A stretch of 64,000 nucleotides of DNA from an uncultured Candidatus Entotheonella sp. (GTDB taxonomy: Bacteria > Tectomicrobia > Entotheonellia > Entotheonellales > Entotheonellaceae), in NCBI GenBank assembly GCA_965215335.1, contig CBDCDA010000001.1, positions 1,152,001 through 1,216,000 on the forward strand, written 5' to 3'. Under the pieces are notes generated by a model. That model had not been told where the DNA came from, did no database searches, and saw nothing but the letters and a program-made list of their open reading frames with translations. Below, piece by piece: positions 9,643 to 20,584 of the stretch (within the stretch, counting starts at the first letter, position 1; every line of letters begins with the position of its first letter). The position numbers and the translations under genes are program-made.

Positions 9643-9774
9643 GAAACGAGAAACGGGGCCCCAGATTATCTGCGACAGACTCACGTTCGTGAGACTGAAA
9701 GAGGGCCGAGTTGCCCGGAGGACCGTGTACGTTCTTCGCTCCGCGCCGTGATCTTCCCTGCGAGAGAAAACGAT

Positions 9775-11815
9775 ATGTCCCCTTACCTGACTATCGGGGA
9801 GAGGGAGACAACCCTGCCCGCCCCGTGGCGCCACGCGCTATTCGCCCTGTTCATCGGCAGCATTCTGGCCTACGGCGCAGGACTTTCCTGTTACCTGCTC
9901 TCCCGATTCGATCTCATCACTCTGATCTGGAGCGCGAACCACGATGACGCCTTCTACTATTTCCAGATAGCCCGGAACCTGGCCGAGGGGCAATTCTCGA
10001 CGTTCGACGGCGGCATCACGCGGACCAACGGCTATCACCCCCTCTGGATGCTGCTTATCACGCCGTTCTACTGGGTATTCGACGCCGAGACTGCGCTCTT
10101 CGGCATCAAGGCGTTTGAGATCATGCTGGTCGCCGGCGGTGTTGCTCTCATCGCCGTGGCAGCCCGATTGGCGCGACTGCCATGGTTACTGTTGTTCGCC
10201 ACGTTGCCTCTGCTCTACCACCTCGGTAGCGGCAGCCCTCACCTCGAACTGGGGAAGCTCTTCCTGTTGACGTTCGGGATGGAAAGTGCCGCAGCGGTCT
10301 TTGTGTTGGGGATGTTCTTTCTGGTCATCCTCCTGTTTGCACGCAATCGGGCGCGCTGGCACTGGCCGCTGGCCGCCGTCGCCTTTGCCCTGCCATGGGT
10401 GCGTCTGGAGTACCTCGTCATATCGCTGTCAGCCACCGTCGCGCTGTGCCTTGCCGAATTGCCCCCCCCCCCCCCCCCGAAGAGAGTTGATCCGCACTCT
10501 GTTCGCGCGTGGCGTAGTCGTGCCATTGCTTGGCGCCGTGGCCGGTCCCCTCGTGTACTTTGCATATAACGGTCTCGTCTTTGGTGGCATCGCACCGGTA
10601 AGCGGCATGGTCAAGCAGGCCATGTCTCATCGAAAATGGGAAGCGGGCGGAGGATACAGTCTCGCACGGAACTTCCAGGACATGTTACAGATTCCCGTGT
10701 TCGACTACCGGGTGCTGCTGACGGCACTGGGTGTCTGTGCCCTGGTTTTGCTGGTCTGGTGGTGTTCGCGCCGCTCCCCGAACCCGAAGGACAGGCTGCT
10801 GCTGGCCTTTCTGGTGGGTATGGCCAGTCTGGCCACGTGCCATCTCGCGCAATTCGCATATGCGATTCTCTTCTTGCATCCGACCCTTGCAAGGTCTCTT
10901 TGGTATTATGTGCCGGGGTATCTGATGCTGGCACTGATCGTTCCGGCACACTGTTACGTGCTGATATACTTCGTTCGCCGTTTCGTAAAGTCGCAGCGGC
11001 CGAAGACAGCCGCTGTTCTGCTTCTGGGTTTGGTTCTGGTCGGCCTGATTGTCTTGATTCCGGCGGCGGGCTTCACCGCACCTTTCCGGTATGTCGACTT
11101 GCATAGCCGGTCGTTCCCTTCTGATGGGAAAGCGATTAATTATATGAACTATATGAGCACGCTGGTGATGAATCGTGTTCTTCCTGACGACAGCGTAGTC
11201 GGGTCATGGGATGCTGGCATCATCGGATACTTCTCACGCTTTCCCGTGGTTAATCTGGATGGGTTGGCGACTTCGTATGGATATTCCAGAGATCTTCAGT
11301 TTCGTCCTACTAGGGCTAGGGTATACCAGAAGTACGGTAGCGTTTATGGAATCACTCATTTCGCCAACGGTAGCATCAAATCATCCCACCATGCCGACAA
11401 TCTGATCTTCGAAAGTTCATACGGTTATTATTACTCCAGGGGCGGACCTGAGCAGATGCACTTCAGGCTGTGGTCCGCTGAGCCCGTGGAGGCTTCGTTG
11501 GGGAAACTCGACCCGGCTGCCTGGTTCTGGAACAGGATGAAACCACACTTCCACTATCGATCGAAGGATGTCGGACTCGTCGTCGACGGCCGGTTGGTTC
11601 AGGCGTTCGCCAAAGATTGTGAACCGGAGAGGCGACAGGATGACGTGTTCCTGTTTTTATGGGAAGGCCGAGGATCCATGCGTTGGCAACCGTGGTTGGG
11701 GGCGAACCGGAATCAGCTGGAGATGTGTGCGAGCTTTGTCATACTGCCCCGCAACGTGATCCATCCGGTTCGGATCGAGACGTTACCGCAGCCGAACGAC
11801 CTTTCCCATGATTGA
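9775..11815 (+). pseudogene. polytopic membrane protein, GT-C glycosyltransferase-like, split by a frameshift at a poly-C tract
   Basis: 5' part has DDAFYYFQIARNLAEG..TFDG..TNGYHPLW and RLE. 3' part has WDAGIIGYFS..VVNLDGL. The frames change at C17 (10462-10478); C16 gives one ORF of about 679 aa. Confidence 0.75.
10462..10478 (+). repeat. C17 homopolymer inside coding sequence
   Basis: 17 consecutive C at the frame junction. Confidence 0.95.
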
Positions 11816-11872
11816 AAGAACAGTGTTCCGGAAAGACCGCCCGGTGCTGGGGATGATGGTCATTGCCGTACT

Positions 11873-11909
11873 TGATATGCGTTCCGTTTGAGATTAGGAA
11901 TTCTTCCGA
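11873..11909 (+). repeat. 37-bp dispersed repeat (copy of 633-669)
   Basis: TGATATGCGTTCCGTTTGAGATTAGGAATTCTTCCGA, 2 mismatches to 633-669. Confidence 0.85.
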
Positions 11910-12023
11910 TTGGCCGAACGTCTCGGTGATGTGGCAACCTGCTGGCAGCCCCTGCGTGTGCGCTGGTGCGATGGCCGCGTGCAAGGGTTGCAGGTCACGA
12001 GCGGCACGGCGCTGTGGTATCGC
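11910..12023 (+). mobile_element. short DDE transposase remnant (IS701-like)
   Basis: LAERLGDVATCWQPLRVRWCDG..LQVTSGTALWYR resembles the W..WYG..SGTAVWY segment of IS701-like transposases. Confidence 0.5.
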
Positions 12024-12060
12024 AGAGCAGTTTTTGCGGCAGGGGTCTGGCAAAATCGTT

Positions 12061-12930
12061 TCAGGCTGGAAATTGCCCGAGTTGCTTGTGAACCAGTTCG
12101 GCGTCAGGGTCGTACAGCGAGTCCACAATGGAAAAGTGGTCGAGGTCATCGGGCACGATGACCTCGGTGGGAGCGCCGCGGGCGCGCCAGAGGTCGGCCA
12201 TCAGGCGGGTCTGGCGGTGGTATTCCTCGGACTCGTCGGCGCCCACGACGAGGAGCAGGGGCGCCTGGGTGGCGTATGACTGGCGTACCGGCGAGTTGCG
12301 GGCCGCCATTTCCGGGGTCATGCGCAGCGTGTCGTTCAGGTAGGAACGCTGGATCGGATCGAGGTCGAACAGGCCGCTGATGGCGCAGACGCCTTTCACG
12401 GCATCCGGCGGGAGGCCGGGCGCAAACGCCGGCCAGTCGGTAGCGAGCATCATGCACGCCAGGTGGCCGCCTGCCGAGTGGCCGCAGACGTAGATGCGGT
12501 CCGGGTCGCCGCCATACGCCGCGGCGTGACGATACAGCCAGGCAATGGCCTCGCGGTTCTGGCGTACGATCTCGTCCATGTCCACCGTGGGTGCCAGGTC
12601 GTAATTGTTGATCACCGTCATGACGCCGTGTGGCCGCATGCCCGGCGCCACGTAGCTGCAGTCGGACTTGTCCAGCGAGTACCAATAGCCACCGTGCACG
12701 AACACGTAGACCGGCGCGCCCTGGCCCTCGGCCGGGAAGATGTCGATGGCCTCCTTGCGGCGTGGCCCGAAGGCCACGTCGAGATGCCCCTCCAGCATGG
12801 CGCGCGTCCTGGCGCTGAGCTCGCTCCAGGCGTTGAAGCGTTCCTTGTAGTCCGGGAAGCGCTGGCGGTTGTTGTACTGGACGTCGAGGGCTTGTTGATC
12901 CAGATCACGGTACACGAGCGGTGCGGACAT
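12061..12930 (-). CDS. alpha/beta hydrolase, arylformamidase (kynurenine formamidase)-like
   Basis: QYNNR, FVHGGYW, GHSAGGHL, SGLFDL, DHF motifs. RBS GGAGG. Confidence 0.88.
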   Translation of the reverse strand: MSAPLVYRDLDQQALDVQYNNRQRFPDYKERFNAWSELSARTRAMLEGHLDVAFGPRRKEAIDIFPAEGQGAPVYVFVHGGYWYSLDKSDCSYVAPGMRPHGVMTVINNYDLAPTVDMDEIVRQNREAIAWLYRHAAAYGGDPDRIYVCGHSAGGHLACMMLATDWPAFAPGLPPDAVKGVCAISGLFDLDPIQRSYLNDTLRMTPEMAARNSPVRQSYATQAPLLLVVGADESEEYHRQTRLMADLWRARGAPTEVIVPDDLDHFSIVDSLYDPDAELVHKQLGQFPA

Positions 12931-12958
12931 CGTTCCTCCTCCGGCGCCGGCGCTTGTC

Positions 12959-13423
12959 TCAAGCGCCGGCGGGTTGTTGCAGCCGCTCGCTGATTCGCTG
13001 CTTATGTCCCGGCGTCGGCATGGCGGAACCGTCCGCCCGGATGGTGGCGTAGGTCGCCGGGCTGGTGAGTTCGAGCAGTTCGAGGTCCGCGGAATAGTCG
13101 CGCAATTCGTGCAGCAGGTCGCCCGGCACGGTGACGGCATCGCCTTCGCGATAGACGAGTTCCTCGTCGCGGTCGGCGTAATAGAAACTCACCCAGCCCT
13201 TGAGCACCAGGGCGAACTGCATGTCAACGACGTGCCGGTGCAGGCCGTTGTGGCCGCCGTTCAGATGCCTGGCCTTGATCACGTGGGCATGAAAATTGCC
13301 GCCGGTGGCGTCGGCGAGGCCGAGGTCGCGGTAGACGAATTCCTCCCGCAGCCCGTCCGTCTCGTACTCGGCGCCGGCGGCGCGACTGACCACCAGTCGA
13401 TAGTTCTTGCTCTCCTGCGACAT
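12959..13423 (-). CDS. cupin domain protein
   Basis: YRDLGLADATGG, HRH..MQFALVLKGW, GDAVTVPG..HE. Confidence 0.82.
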   Translation of the reverse strand: MSQESKNYRLVVSRAAGAEYETDGLREEFVYRDLGLADATGGNFHAHVIKARHLNGGHNGLHRHVVDMQFALVLKGWVSFYYADRDEELVYREGDAVTVPGDLLHELRDYSADLELLELTSPATYATIRADGSAMPTPGHKQRISERLQQPAGA

Positions 13424-13441
13424 GATGCCCTCCTTGCGAAC

Positions 13442-14332
13442 TCAATCGATGATCTTGTTCAGCGGGTATTCGACGATGCCGCTCGCCCCCGCGTCCTTCA
13501 GACGCGGGATGAAGTCGCGCACCACCGACTCGTCAATGACCGTGTTGACCGCCACCCAGCCGCCGTTGGCCAGCGACGAGACGGTCGGCTTTTGCAGTGC
13601 CGGCAACGCCTTGAGCACCTCGCCGAGGTGCCTTTCGGGCACGTTCATCATCAGCCCCACCTTGCCCTCGGCGGCGATGGCGCCGCGCAGCATGAGGGTG
13701 ATGTTCTCGATCTTCTTGCGCTTCCAGCCATCCTGCCAGGCCGCGGTGTTGGCGATCAGGCGCGGCGTGCTGACGAGAATGGTGTCCACAACGCGCAAGT
13801 CGTTGGCGCGCAGCGAGCTGCCGGTCTCGGTGACCTCGACGATGGCGTCGGCGAGATGCGGCGGCTTGACCTCGGTGGCGCCCCAGGAAAATTCCACGTG
13901 CGCCTGCACGCCGTGACGCTTCAGGTAATCCGTGGTGAGGTTGACCGCCTCCGTGGCAATGTGCTTGCCCTGCAGGTCGCGCGGCCCCCGGATGGACGAC
14001 TCCTGCGGCACGGCGAGCACCCAGCGCACCGGACGGCGGCTGACCTTGGAAAACACCAGTTCGGCTACCTCGACGACCTGGGCGCGGTTTTCGACGATCC
14101 AGTCGTGCCCCGTCAGACCGGCGTCCATGACGCCGTCTTCCACGTACCGGGCGATTTCCTGGGCGCGGATGAGGATGCAGGTGATTTCCGGGTCGTCGAT
14201 ACTGGGGTAGTACGAGCGCGAGGGAAAGGTGATCTGATAACCGGCCTTGCGGAACAGTCCGGCGGCGGCCTCCTGCAGGCTGCCGGCCGGGATGCCGAGC
14301 TTCAATACCTGAGGTTGCGTCATGTCGGCCAT
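13442..14332 (-). CDS. hisG: ATP phosphoribosyltransferase (long form)
   Basis: [48 protein letters not shown]-terminal regulatory domain. Confidence 0.96.
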   Translation of the reverse strand: MADMTQPQVLKLGIPAGSLQEAAAGLFRKAGYQITFPSRSYYPSIDDPEITCILIRAQEIARYVEDGVMDAGLTGHDWIVENRAQVVEVAELVFSKVSRRPVRWVLAVPQESSIRGPRDLQGKHIATEAVNLTTDYLKRHGVQAHVEFSWGATEVKPPHLADAIVEVTETGSSLRANDLRVVDTILVSTPRLIANTAAWQDGWKRKKIENITLMLRGAIAAEGKVGLMMNVPERHLGEVLKALPALQKPTVSSLANGGWVAVNTVIDESVVRDFIPRLKDAGASGIVEYPLNKIID

Positions 14333-14728
14333 CTACGCGCTGGTGTTGTAGACTTGGCGCGGGTCGAAGACGCGCCCCGCGACGACCTGCAAGGTGTCGT
14401 CTGCCAAGCGGCGAAAGAAGCAGCTCGGGTAACCCTCGTGGCAGGCCGCGCCGCCGACCTGACGGACCTTGAGAAGCAGGGTGTCGGCGTCGCAATCCAC
14501 GTAAACACCACATACTTCCTGCACGTTGCCGCTCGCCTCCCCTTTGCGCCAGAGGCGGTTACGGCTGCGGGAGAAATAGCACGCACGGCCCGTGCGCAGG
14601 GTCTCGGCGAAGGCTTCGTGGTTCATGTAGGCCATCATCAGCACCTCGCCGGTCGCCTCGTCCTGCGTGATGACGGGTACCATGCCACCCGCCTTGTCGA
14701 AATCGATCACCTGCTCCCAACTGGACAA
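14333..14728 (-). CDS. hisI: phosphoribosyl-AMP cyclohydrolase
   Basis: [30 protein letters not shown]. Confidence 0.96.
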   Translation of the reverse strand: MSSWEQVIDFDKAGGMVPVITQDEATGEVLMMAYMNHEAFAETLRTGRACYFSRSRNRLWRKGEASGNVQEVCGVYVDCDADTLLLKVRQVGGAACHEGYPSCFFRRLADDTLQVVAGRVFDPRQVYNTSA

Positions 14729-14793
14729 TGCTCACCCTCCTTGTTTGCCCGTAACAACGAGACCCGAAAGTCTATCACAGGTACAGCGGCGCC

Positions 14794-14802
14794 TGCTATA
14801 AT
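14794..14802 (+). promoter_or_regulatory. extended -10 promoter element upstream of the dehalogenase
   Basis: TGcTATAAT about 50 bp before ATG 14855. Confidence 0.5.
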
Positions 14803-14854
14803 GGGCCTTATTCACGGCTGGCCTTGAACCCGTCCTGTCAGGAGACACCGATTT

Positions 14855-15541
14855 ATGGTTGAAAACCCCTTCCACGACATCAAGGTGTGCGTATTCGACG
14901 CCTACGGCACCTTGTTCGACTTCAACTCGGCAGCCGAGTGCTGTCGTGACGCCCTCGGCGACAAGACCGATGAACTATCGGCGCTGTGGCGCAGCAAGCA
15001 GTTGCAATACACCTGGTTGCGGGGCTTGATGGGCAGGCACAAGCCGTTCCGGGAGGTGACGGGCGACGCGCTCGATTTTGCCCTGCAGACGCTCGGGATG
15101 GACGACCCGGCGCTGCGCAATCGGCTGATGGAGCTATATGACCGAATTGAAGCCTTTCCCGAAGTGCCGGGCGTGCTGCGACGGCTGAAGCAGGCGGGCA
15201 TCGCCACCGCCATCCTGTCCAATGGTTCGCCCGACATGCTGGATGCGGCAGTTCGGCACACGGGAATCGGGGGCGATCTGGATGCAGTGCTGTCGGTCGA
15301 GGCGGTAGGCGTTTACAAGCCGCATCCATCCGTCTACGAGTTGGCCGCGCGGCAATTCGACGCGCCGCTGTCGGCGATCAGCTTTCAATCCTCGAACGCC
15401 TGGGACGCGGTGGCCGCGGCGACCTTCGGCATGCGGGTGGTGTGGTGCAACCGCTACGGGCAGCAGCGCGAGCGGCTTACGGCGCAGCCGGACGTGGAAG
15501 TCAGAACCCTGAGCGCGCTGCCGGAGATTCTCGGTCTTTAG
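14855..15541 (+). CDS. haloacid dehalogenase, type II
   Basis: FDAYGTLFD, WRSKQLQYTW, LSNG, YKPHP, SSNAWD. Confidence 0.93.
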   Translation: MVENPFHDIKVCVFDAYGTLFDFNSAAECCRDALGDKTDELSALWRSKQLQYTWLRGLMGRHKPFREVTGDALDFALQTLGMDDPALRNRLMELYDRIEAFPEVPGVLRRLKQAGIATAILSNGSPDMLDAAVRHTGIGGDLDAVLSVEAVGVYKPHPSVYELAARQFDAPLSAISFQSSNAWDAVAAATFGMRVVWCNRYGQQRERLTAQPDVEVRTLSALPEILGL

Positions 15542-15553
15542 GCCGAAGACCCT

Positions 15554-16072
15554 TCACGTGTTGGAAGGGTTCAAGAGGTTTTTAACGGTCTCATAGTCGC
15601 GCCGTGCCTCCTCTCGCCGCCCCAACGCCCACAGGACGGTGGCGCGGTGATTGTAGGCGTACCAGTAGTGCGGGTCGAGGTCGATGGCGCGGTTGAAGCA
15701 GCGGATGGCTTCCTCAAAGGCGCTTTGATCGGACAGCACGAGACCGAGGTTGTTGTAGGCGTCGCGGTAGTCGATGTCCAGCACCAGCGCCTGGCGGTAA
15801 TCGGCCATGGCGCACCGCAGGTCCTTGAGGTGGCGGTAGGCGATGCCGCGGTTGTTGTAGGCCACCGCGTCGGGTTGCAAGCTGATGGCCCGGCTGTAAT
15901 CGTCGATGGCCGCCTGATGGTCGCCGTGATCCAGGCAGGCGTTACCACGCAGAAAATAGGCGTGCCGGTCGCCGGGCTCCTCGCGCAGCCGTTCCGTGAG
16001 GTGCTGGGTGACTTGTACGTGGTAGTCCCGATCGCTCATATGGCTCAGATGCGGCCCATGTCGGTATTCCAC
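15554..16072 (-). CDS. tetratricopeptide repeat protein
   Basis: Repeated AYFLRG / AYNNRG / AYNNLG / AYNHRA TPR units. Start uncertain. Confidence 0.85.
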   Translation of the reverse strand: MEYRHGPHLSHMSDRDYHVQVTQHLTERLREEPGDRHAYFLRGNACLDHGDHQAAIDDYSRAISLQPDAVAYNNRGIAYRHLKDLRCAMADYRQALVLDIDYRDAYNNLGLVLSDQSAFEEAIRCFNRAIDLDPHYWYAYNHRATVLWALGRREEARRDYETVKNLLNPSNT

Positions 16073-16209
16073 CCTCCACCCTCCTCAATGGCTGAATGAT
16101 CGCAGAATCCCCTGCCCTGCCGTTTTCTGCTACACTTGACGCGCCTATGATATAGGCAAGTGCCCACCACGGAAATACGTTCAAGCATTCAGCCCGAGGA
16201 AGCCGTCTC

Positions 16210-17355
16210 ATGTTCAGACGCCAAAAGCTGACCGAAGCGCACGTGCATGACATCTTGAAGACCGTCACGTATCCGGGTTACAGCCGCGACATCGTCTCGT
16301 TTGGAATGGTCAGGAACATCAGCATCGAAGGCAAAAACGTCGGCGTGCTCATCAGGCTGACGGAACATCGACCGCAGATCGCCGAACAGATTCGTCAATC
16401 CGTTTCTGCGGCCCTGCGCGGCCTGCCGGGCGTGGGCAACTTGCAGGTCGACCTGGAGATGCCACCGGCGCCCGCCCCCCAGGCGGGACACGAGCACCGT
16501 GATCACGTTCACCACGGTCACGGGCGACAGGCGCCGCCGTTTCCCACGCACGAGGCGCAGCCGCTGCCGGGTGTGCAGGGCATCGTTGCCGTGGCGAGCG
16601 GCAAGGGCGGCGTGGGCAAGAGCACCGTCGCTACCAATCTGGCTGTGGCACTTGGCCTGGCGGGACTGCGCACCGGCCTGCTGGACGCCGACATTTACGG
16701 GCCGAACATCCCCCTGCTGATGGGCGTGGACGAAAAGCCCGAGGTCAGGGGTGACAACCGCATCGTGCCGTTCTTCAACCACGGCGTCAAAATGCAATCC
16801 CTCGGCTTTTTCCTGAGCGACAATACGCCGGTCATCTGGCGCGGTCCCATGGTGATGAAGGCCGTGCAGCAGCTTTTGCAGGATACCGACTGGGGAGAAC
16901 TGGACGTTCTCGTCATCGACCTGCCGCCCGGCACCGGCGACGTGCAACTGACGCTGGTGCAGACGGTGCCGCTCACCGGCGCGGTGCTCGTCACCACGCC
17001 GCAGAACCTGGCGCTACTGGATGTTCAGAAGGGCGCCGAGATGTTCAGGCACGTCGACGCGCCGCTGCTGGGCATTGTCGAGAACATGAGCTTCTACCTG
17101 TGCCCTGATTGCGGCAAAGAGACAGAGATCTTCCGTCACGGCGGCGGGCAAAAGGAGAGCGAGCGTCTGGGAATCCCGCTGCTCGGGCGCATTCCGCTCG
17201 AATCCGCCGTGTGCGACGCCGGCGACGCCGGGGTGCCCGTCGTGGTTGGCCAACCCGACGGCCGCGCCGGGCAGGAATTTCGTCACATCGCCGCCGCGGT
17301 CGTGGACGTGCTGACGAACAGACCCCAACGGCCGGCCGTCAAGATTATCAACTGA
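16210..17355 (+). CDS. apbC: Mrp/NBP35 (ApbC) Fe-S cluster carrier ATPase
   Basis: N-terminal DUF59-like domain, SGKGGVGKST, DADIYGP, WRGPM, DLPPGTGD, ENMS..CPDC. Confidence 0.93.
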   Translation: MFRRQKLTEAHVHDILKTVTYPGYSRDIVSFGMVRNISIEGKNVGVLIRLTEHRPQIAEQIRQSVSAALRGLPGVGNLQVDLEMPPAPAPQAGHEHRDHVHHGHGRQAPPFPTHEAQPLPGVQGIVAVASGKGGVGKSTVATNLAVALGLAGLRTGLLDADIYGPNIPLLMGVDEKPEVRGDNRIVPFFNHGVKMQSLGFFLSDNTPVIWRGPMVMKAVQQLLQDTDWGELDVLVIDLPPGTGDVQLTLVQTVPLTGAVLVTTPQNLALLDVQKGAEMFRHVDAPLLGIVENMSFYLCPDCGKETEIFRHGGGQKESERLGIPLLGRIPLESAVCDAGDAGVPVVVGQPDGRAGQEFRHIAAAVVDVLTNRPQRPAVKIIN

Positions 17356-17413
17356 AGACTGCCTGCCCTGTTGACCCTGACCGAGATCGGCCAAGATCAG
17401 CAGGGCGGATTTC

Positions 17414-18976
17414 TCAATTTTCCACGAAGTTGCGAAGGTGGTCACTGCGGGCAGGGTGTTTCAACTTGCGCAGTGCCTGGGCTTCGATTTGCCGGATGCG
17501 TTCACGCGAGACGCCAAACATCTGCCCCACCTCTTCCAGCGTGTGCGGCGTCTCATCACCCAGCCCGAAGCGCATCCGTAAAATGCGCTCCTCCTTCGGG
17601 CTCAGCGTGTTCAGCATCTTGTGAATCTTGTCCTGCAAATCGTGATTGATGGCCGCCTCGAGAGGTGAAGGCGAGTTCTTGTCCTCGATCATCGAGCCCA
17701 GTTCGGTATTCCCGTCGCCGATGTGGTTCTCCAGCGAGATCGTGCGCTTGGCCACCTTCAGGCTGCTCTTGACCTTTTCAACCTGCAGGCCGGTGTCCTG
17801 GGCAATCTCCTCGGGCATCGGCTTGCGGCCCAGTGCGACGGTCAGGGCCTGCGTTGAACGCATGACCTTGTTGAGCATCTCGATCATGTGAACGGGGATG
17901 CGAATCGTCTTGCCCTGCTCGGCAATCGCCCGCGTGATCGCCTGGCGAATCCACCAGCTTGCGTAGGTGCTGAACTTGAAGCCGCGATGGTAATCGAACT
18001 TGTCCACCGCCCTCATCAAGCCGATGTTGCCCTCCTGGATGAGATCGAGGAACGACAAGCCGCGGTTGATGTATTTCTTGGCAATGCTGACCACCAAGCG
18101 CAGGTTCGCCTCCACCATTCCCCGCTTGGCTTGCTTGAGACGTTCCTCGATAGGGTCCAGTGCTTCGACGAAATGATGCAGAACATCGTACGCCGCCAGG
18201 GATTCGGACGTCTCATCAGCAGCCTGTGTGTCAAGCGCGTCTTGCCTGAAAGCGCTCAGCGCCTGGTAGTGCTTCTTGGCGTCTTCCACCGCCTCCTGCA
18301 ACAACGAGGTCTTGAAGTGCAGGTTTTGCAAGCGCTGCAGAACCTCCTCGGTCGCCACCGGGGCGGCCAGTCCGCATACTGTCGCTGCCTGGGTGGTCGC
18401 TCCCATGGGCCCTGACTCGCAGGGGTCGCAGGACGCCAAGGCCGCGCATACCTCATCTAGGTGATCGCTGGCGGAATGCTCCATGTCGTCAGGCAATTCG
18501 CAGACGTCCGCCAGGGCCAACTCGCCGTCTTGCAGGCGGGTCAGGAACTTGTGGGCGATGAATGGCGTCCCGAGAGCGTGCAACAGACGATCCTTTTCCG
18601 CCTGCTCGATGCGCTTGGCGATTTCCACCTCGCCTTTGCGGTCGAGCAGAGGCACCGTGCGAATCTCCTGAAAATAGACCAGCACGGGCTCGTCCGTCCG
18701 CTCCTCATAGTTTGGCCCGGACTCGGAAGGCCGTTCGTTCGCTGGGGCACCGGCGTTGCTGCCCACCGGTTCGTCGATGGCATAGCTTTCCGGTACGGCG
18801 GTCTCGGCGGCGGCGAGATCCTTTTGCTCGAATAGTGCGAACAGGTCTTCCGCCGCCCCCGTCTCCTCGGACGTGTCTGACATTTCCAGGTCTACCATGG
18901 GCAGGTCTGCCGGTAACGAACCGTCCTGGAACTCAGGCACCGTCTTCACCTTTGCAGTCCTTGAACTTTGCTTCAT
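17414..18976 (-). CDS. rpoD: RNA polymerase sigma-70 factor, RpoD-like
   Basis: [71 protein letters not shown]. Confidence 0.88.
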   Translation of the reverse strand: MKQSSRTAKVKTVPEFQDGSLPADLPMVDLEMSDTSEETGAAEDLFALFEQKDLAAAETAVPESYAIDEPVGSNAGAPANERPSESGPNYEERTDEPVLVYFQEIRTVPLLDRKGEVEIAKRIEQAEKDRLLHALGTPFIAHKFLTRLQDGELALADVCELPDDMEHSASDHLDEVCAALASCDPCESGPMGATTQAATVCGLAAPVATEEVLQRLQNLHFKTSLLQEAVEDAKKHYQALSAFRQDALDTQAADETSESLAAYDVLHHFVEALDPIEERLKQAKRGMVEANLRLVVSIAKKYINRGLSFLDLIQEGNIGLMRAVDKFDYHRGFKFSTYASWWIRQAITRAIAEQGKTIRIPVHMIEMLNKVMRSTQALTVALGRKPMPEEIAQDTGLQVEKVKSSLKVAKRTISLENHIGDGNTELGSMIEDKNSPSPLEAAINHDLQDKIHKMLNTLSPKEERILRMRFGLGDETPHTLEEVGQMFGVSRERIRQIEAQALRKLKHPARSDHLRNFVEN

Positions 18977-19255
18977 CGGGTACTCCGTTGTTCACCAAGT
19001 CGTGCGACTTGGCCATTGCTGTGACTCGCAGCTCACCGCTGCGCACAAAACCGAAAGACATACACGGGCGAACAGCAACCTTACAACCCCAACCAAACTC
19101 CGCCAGATTCGGCCTACGAAGGAAACAAACGAACCGCTTCTTTACTTTCCCTCCGCATGCAAAAATCTGGCTGTAAAATCCTGCAAGACGTTGAGAATTG
19201 CTGCTGATATGATTGGATTTGTGTATGATGAAACATCTGGCAGGAACACGTCGGC

Positions 19256-19284
19256 AGTATATATCCGAAGCCGTTTTTTGTCAA
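19256..19284 (-). promoter_or_regulatory. sigma-70 promoter for the rpoD-like gene
   Basis: Minus strand TTGACA-N17-TATACT. Confidence 0.7.
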
Positions 19285-19349
19285 CGCCCGGCACACGATT
19301 GACAGCCTTTCACGCCTTCTGCCTGCTAACCGGAATAATTGGAGAAGCC

Positions 19350-20549
19350 ATGGCCGGTCCCTTGAAAGGCCTGAAGGTCCTCGAACTCATCCGCGTGCCC
19401 CCTGGCGCGTTTTGCACCATGATGCTCGCCGACATGGGCGCCGAAGTGGTGAAGATTGAAACGCCGGTGGCGGCGACACCGGAGCAGGTGGCACAAGCGG
19501 AACGGCGAGCGGCCTTTCAGTTTGTCAATCGTGGCAAGCGCAGCATCGCCATCAATCTGAAACAGCCGGATGGCCAGACGTTGCTGCATCAACTGGCGGC
19601 CGACGCCGACGTGCTGGTCGAAGGCTTCCGGCCCGGCGTCATGGCGCGCCTGGGCGGCGATCATGAGACGTTGAAGCGCGTCAACCCGCGCCTGATTTAC
19701 TGCTCGCTCAGCGGCTACGGGCAGGATGGCCCGTACCGCGACTTGCCGGCACACGACATCAATTTCCTGGCTATCGCCGGAGTGCTCGACCTGATCGGCG
19801 AGCCCGACCGGCCGCCGGCGGTCCCGCTCAACCTCATCGCCGATTACGCGGGCGCCTCCCTGCACGGCGCCGTGGGTATTCTCCTCGCCCTGCTGGCGCG
19901 GCGGCGCACCGGACGCGGGCAACTCGTCGACGTGTCGTACCTGGATACGTCCCTTGCCCTGCTGGCGGCCACGCCGATGATGCAGACTTTCCTTTGCGGC
20001 GGCTCCGATAGCCACCGCGGCGTCGGCCTGCTGGGGGGTTCGTATCCGTACTACACCACCTACGAAACCGCCGACGGCAAGGCGCTGGCGGTCGGTTGCA
20101 CGGATGCCGGGCAGTGGGACGCCTTCTGCAAGGCGATCGGACTGGCGGAATTGGCCAGAACCGGTCCCGACGAGGCGCCTCCGGGTCGTTTGGCAAGCGG
20201 CACGGTCCAAGCCGAGAAGTCAGCGGTGCAAGAGGTTCTGAAACGGCGGACACGGGACGAATGGGTCGCGATTTTCCAGGCCAAAAAGGTGAGCGTTGCG
20301 CCAGTGCACGCGGTGGACGAGGCGTTTGCCGACCCGCACGTTCTGTCCCGGCAGATGGCCGTCGATGTCGTGCACCCGCGTCATGACGCGGTGCGCCAGG
20401 CCGGCATCGCCATCAAATTGTCCGGCACACCAGGTAGCATTCGCGGCGCCGGGCCGGCGCCGGGCGAGCATACCGATGAGATTTTGCAGGCGCTCGGGCA
20501 TGACGAGACGAGCCGGGCAGCATTGCGCCAGGCCGGCACGGTGGCCTGA
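19350..20549 (+). CDS. CaiB/BaiF family III CoA-transferase / acyl-CoA racemase-like
   Basis: LADMGAEVVKIE, NRGKRS, EGFRPGV, SGYGQDGP, HDINF. Confidence 0.92.
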   Translation: MAGPLKGLKVLELIRVPPGAFCTMMLADMGAEVVKIETPVAATPEQVAQAERRAAFQFVNRGKRSIAINLKQPDGQTLLHQLAADADVLVEGFRPGVMARLGGDHETLKRVNPRLIYCSLSGYGQDGPYRDLPAHDINFLAIAGVLDLIGEPDRPPAVPLNLIADYAGASLHGAVGILLALLARRRTGRGQLVDVSYLDTSLALLAATPMMQTFLCGGSDSHRGVGLLGGSYPYYTTYETADGKALAVGCTDAGQWDAFCKAIGLAELARTGPDEAPPGRLASGTVQAEKSAVQEVLKRRTRDEWVAIFQAKKVSVAPVHAVDEAFADPHVLSRQMAVDVVHPRHDAVRQAGIAIKLSGTPGSIRGAGPAPGEHTDEILQALGHDETSRAALRQAGTVA

Positions 20550-20584
20550 CACACGCCAATTCGCAGGAGGACCAGGACCAGATA

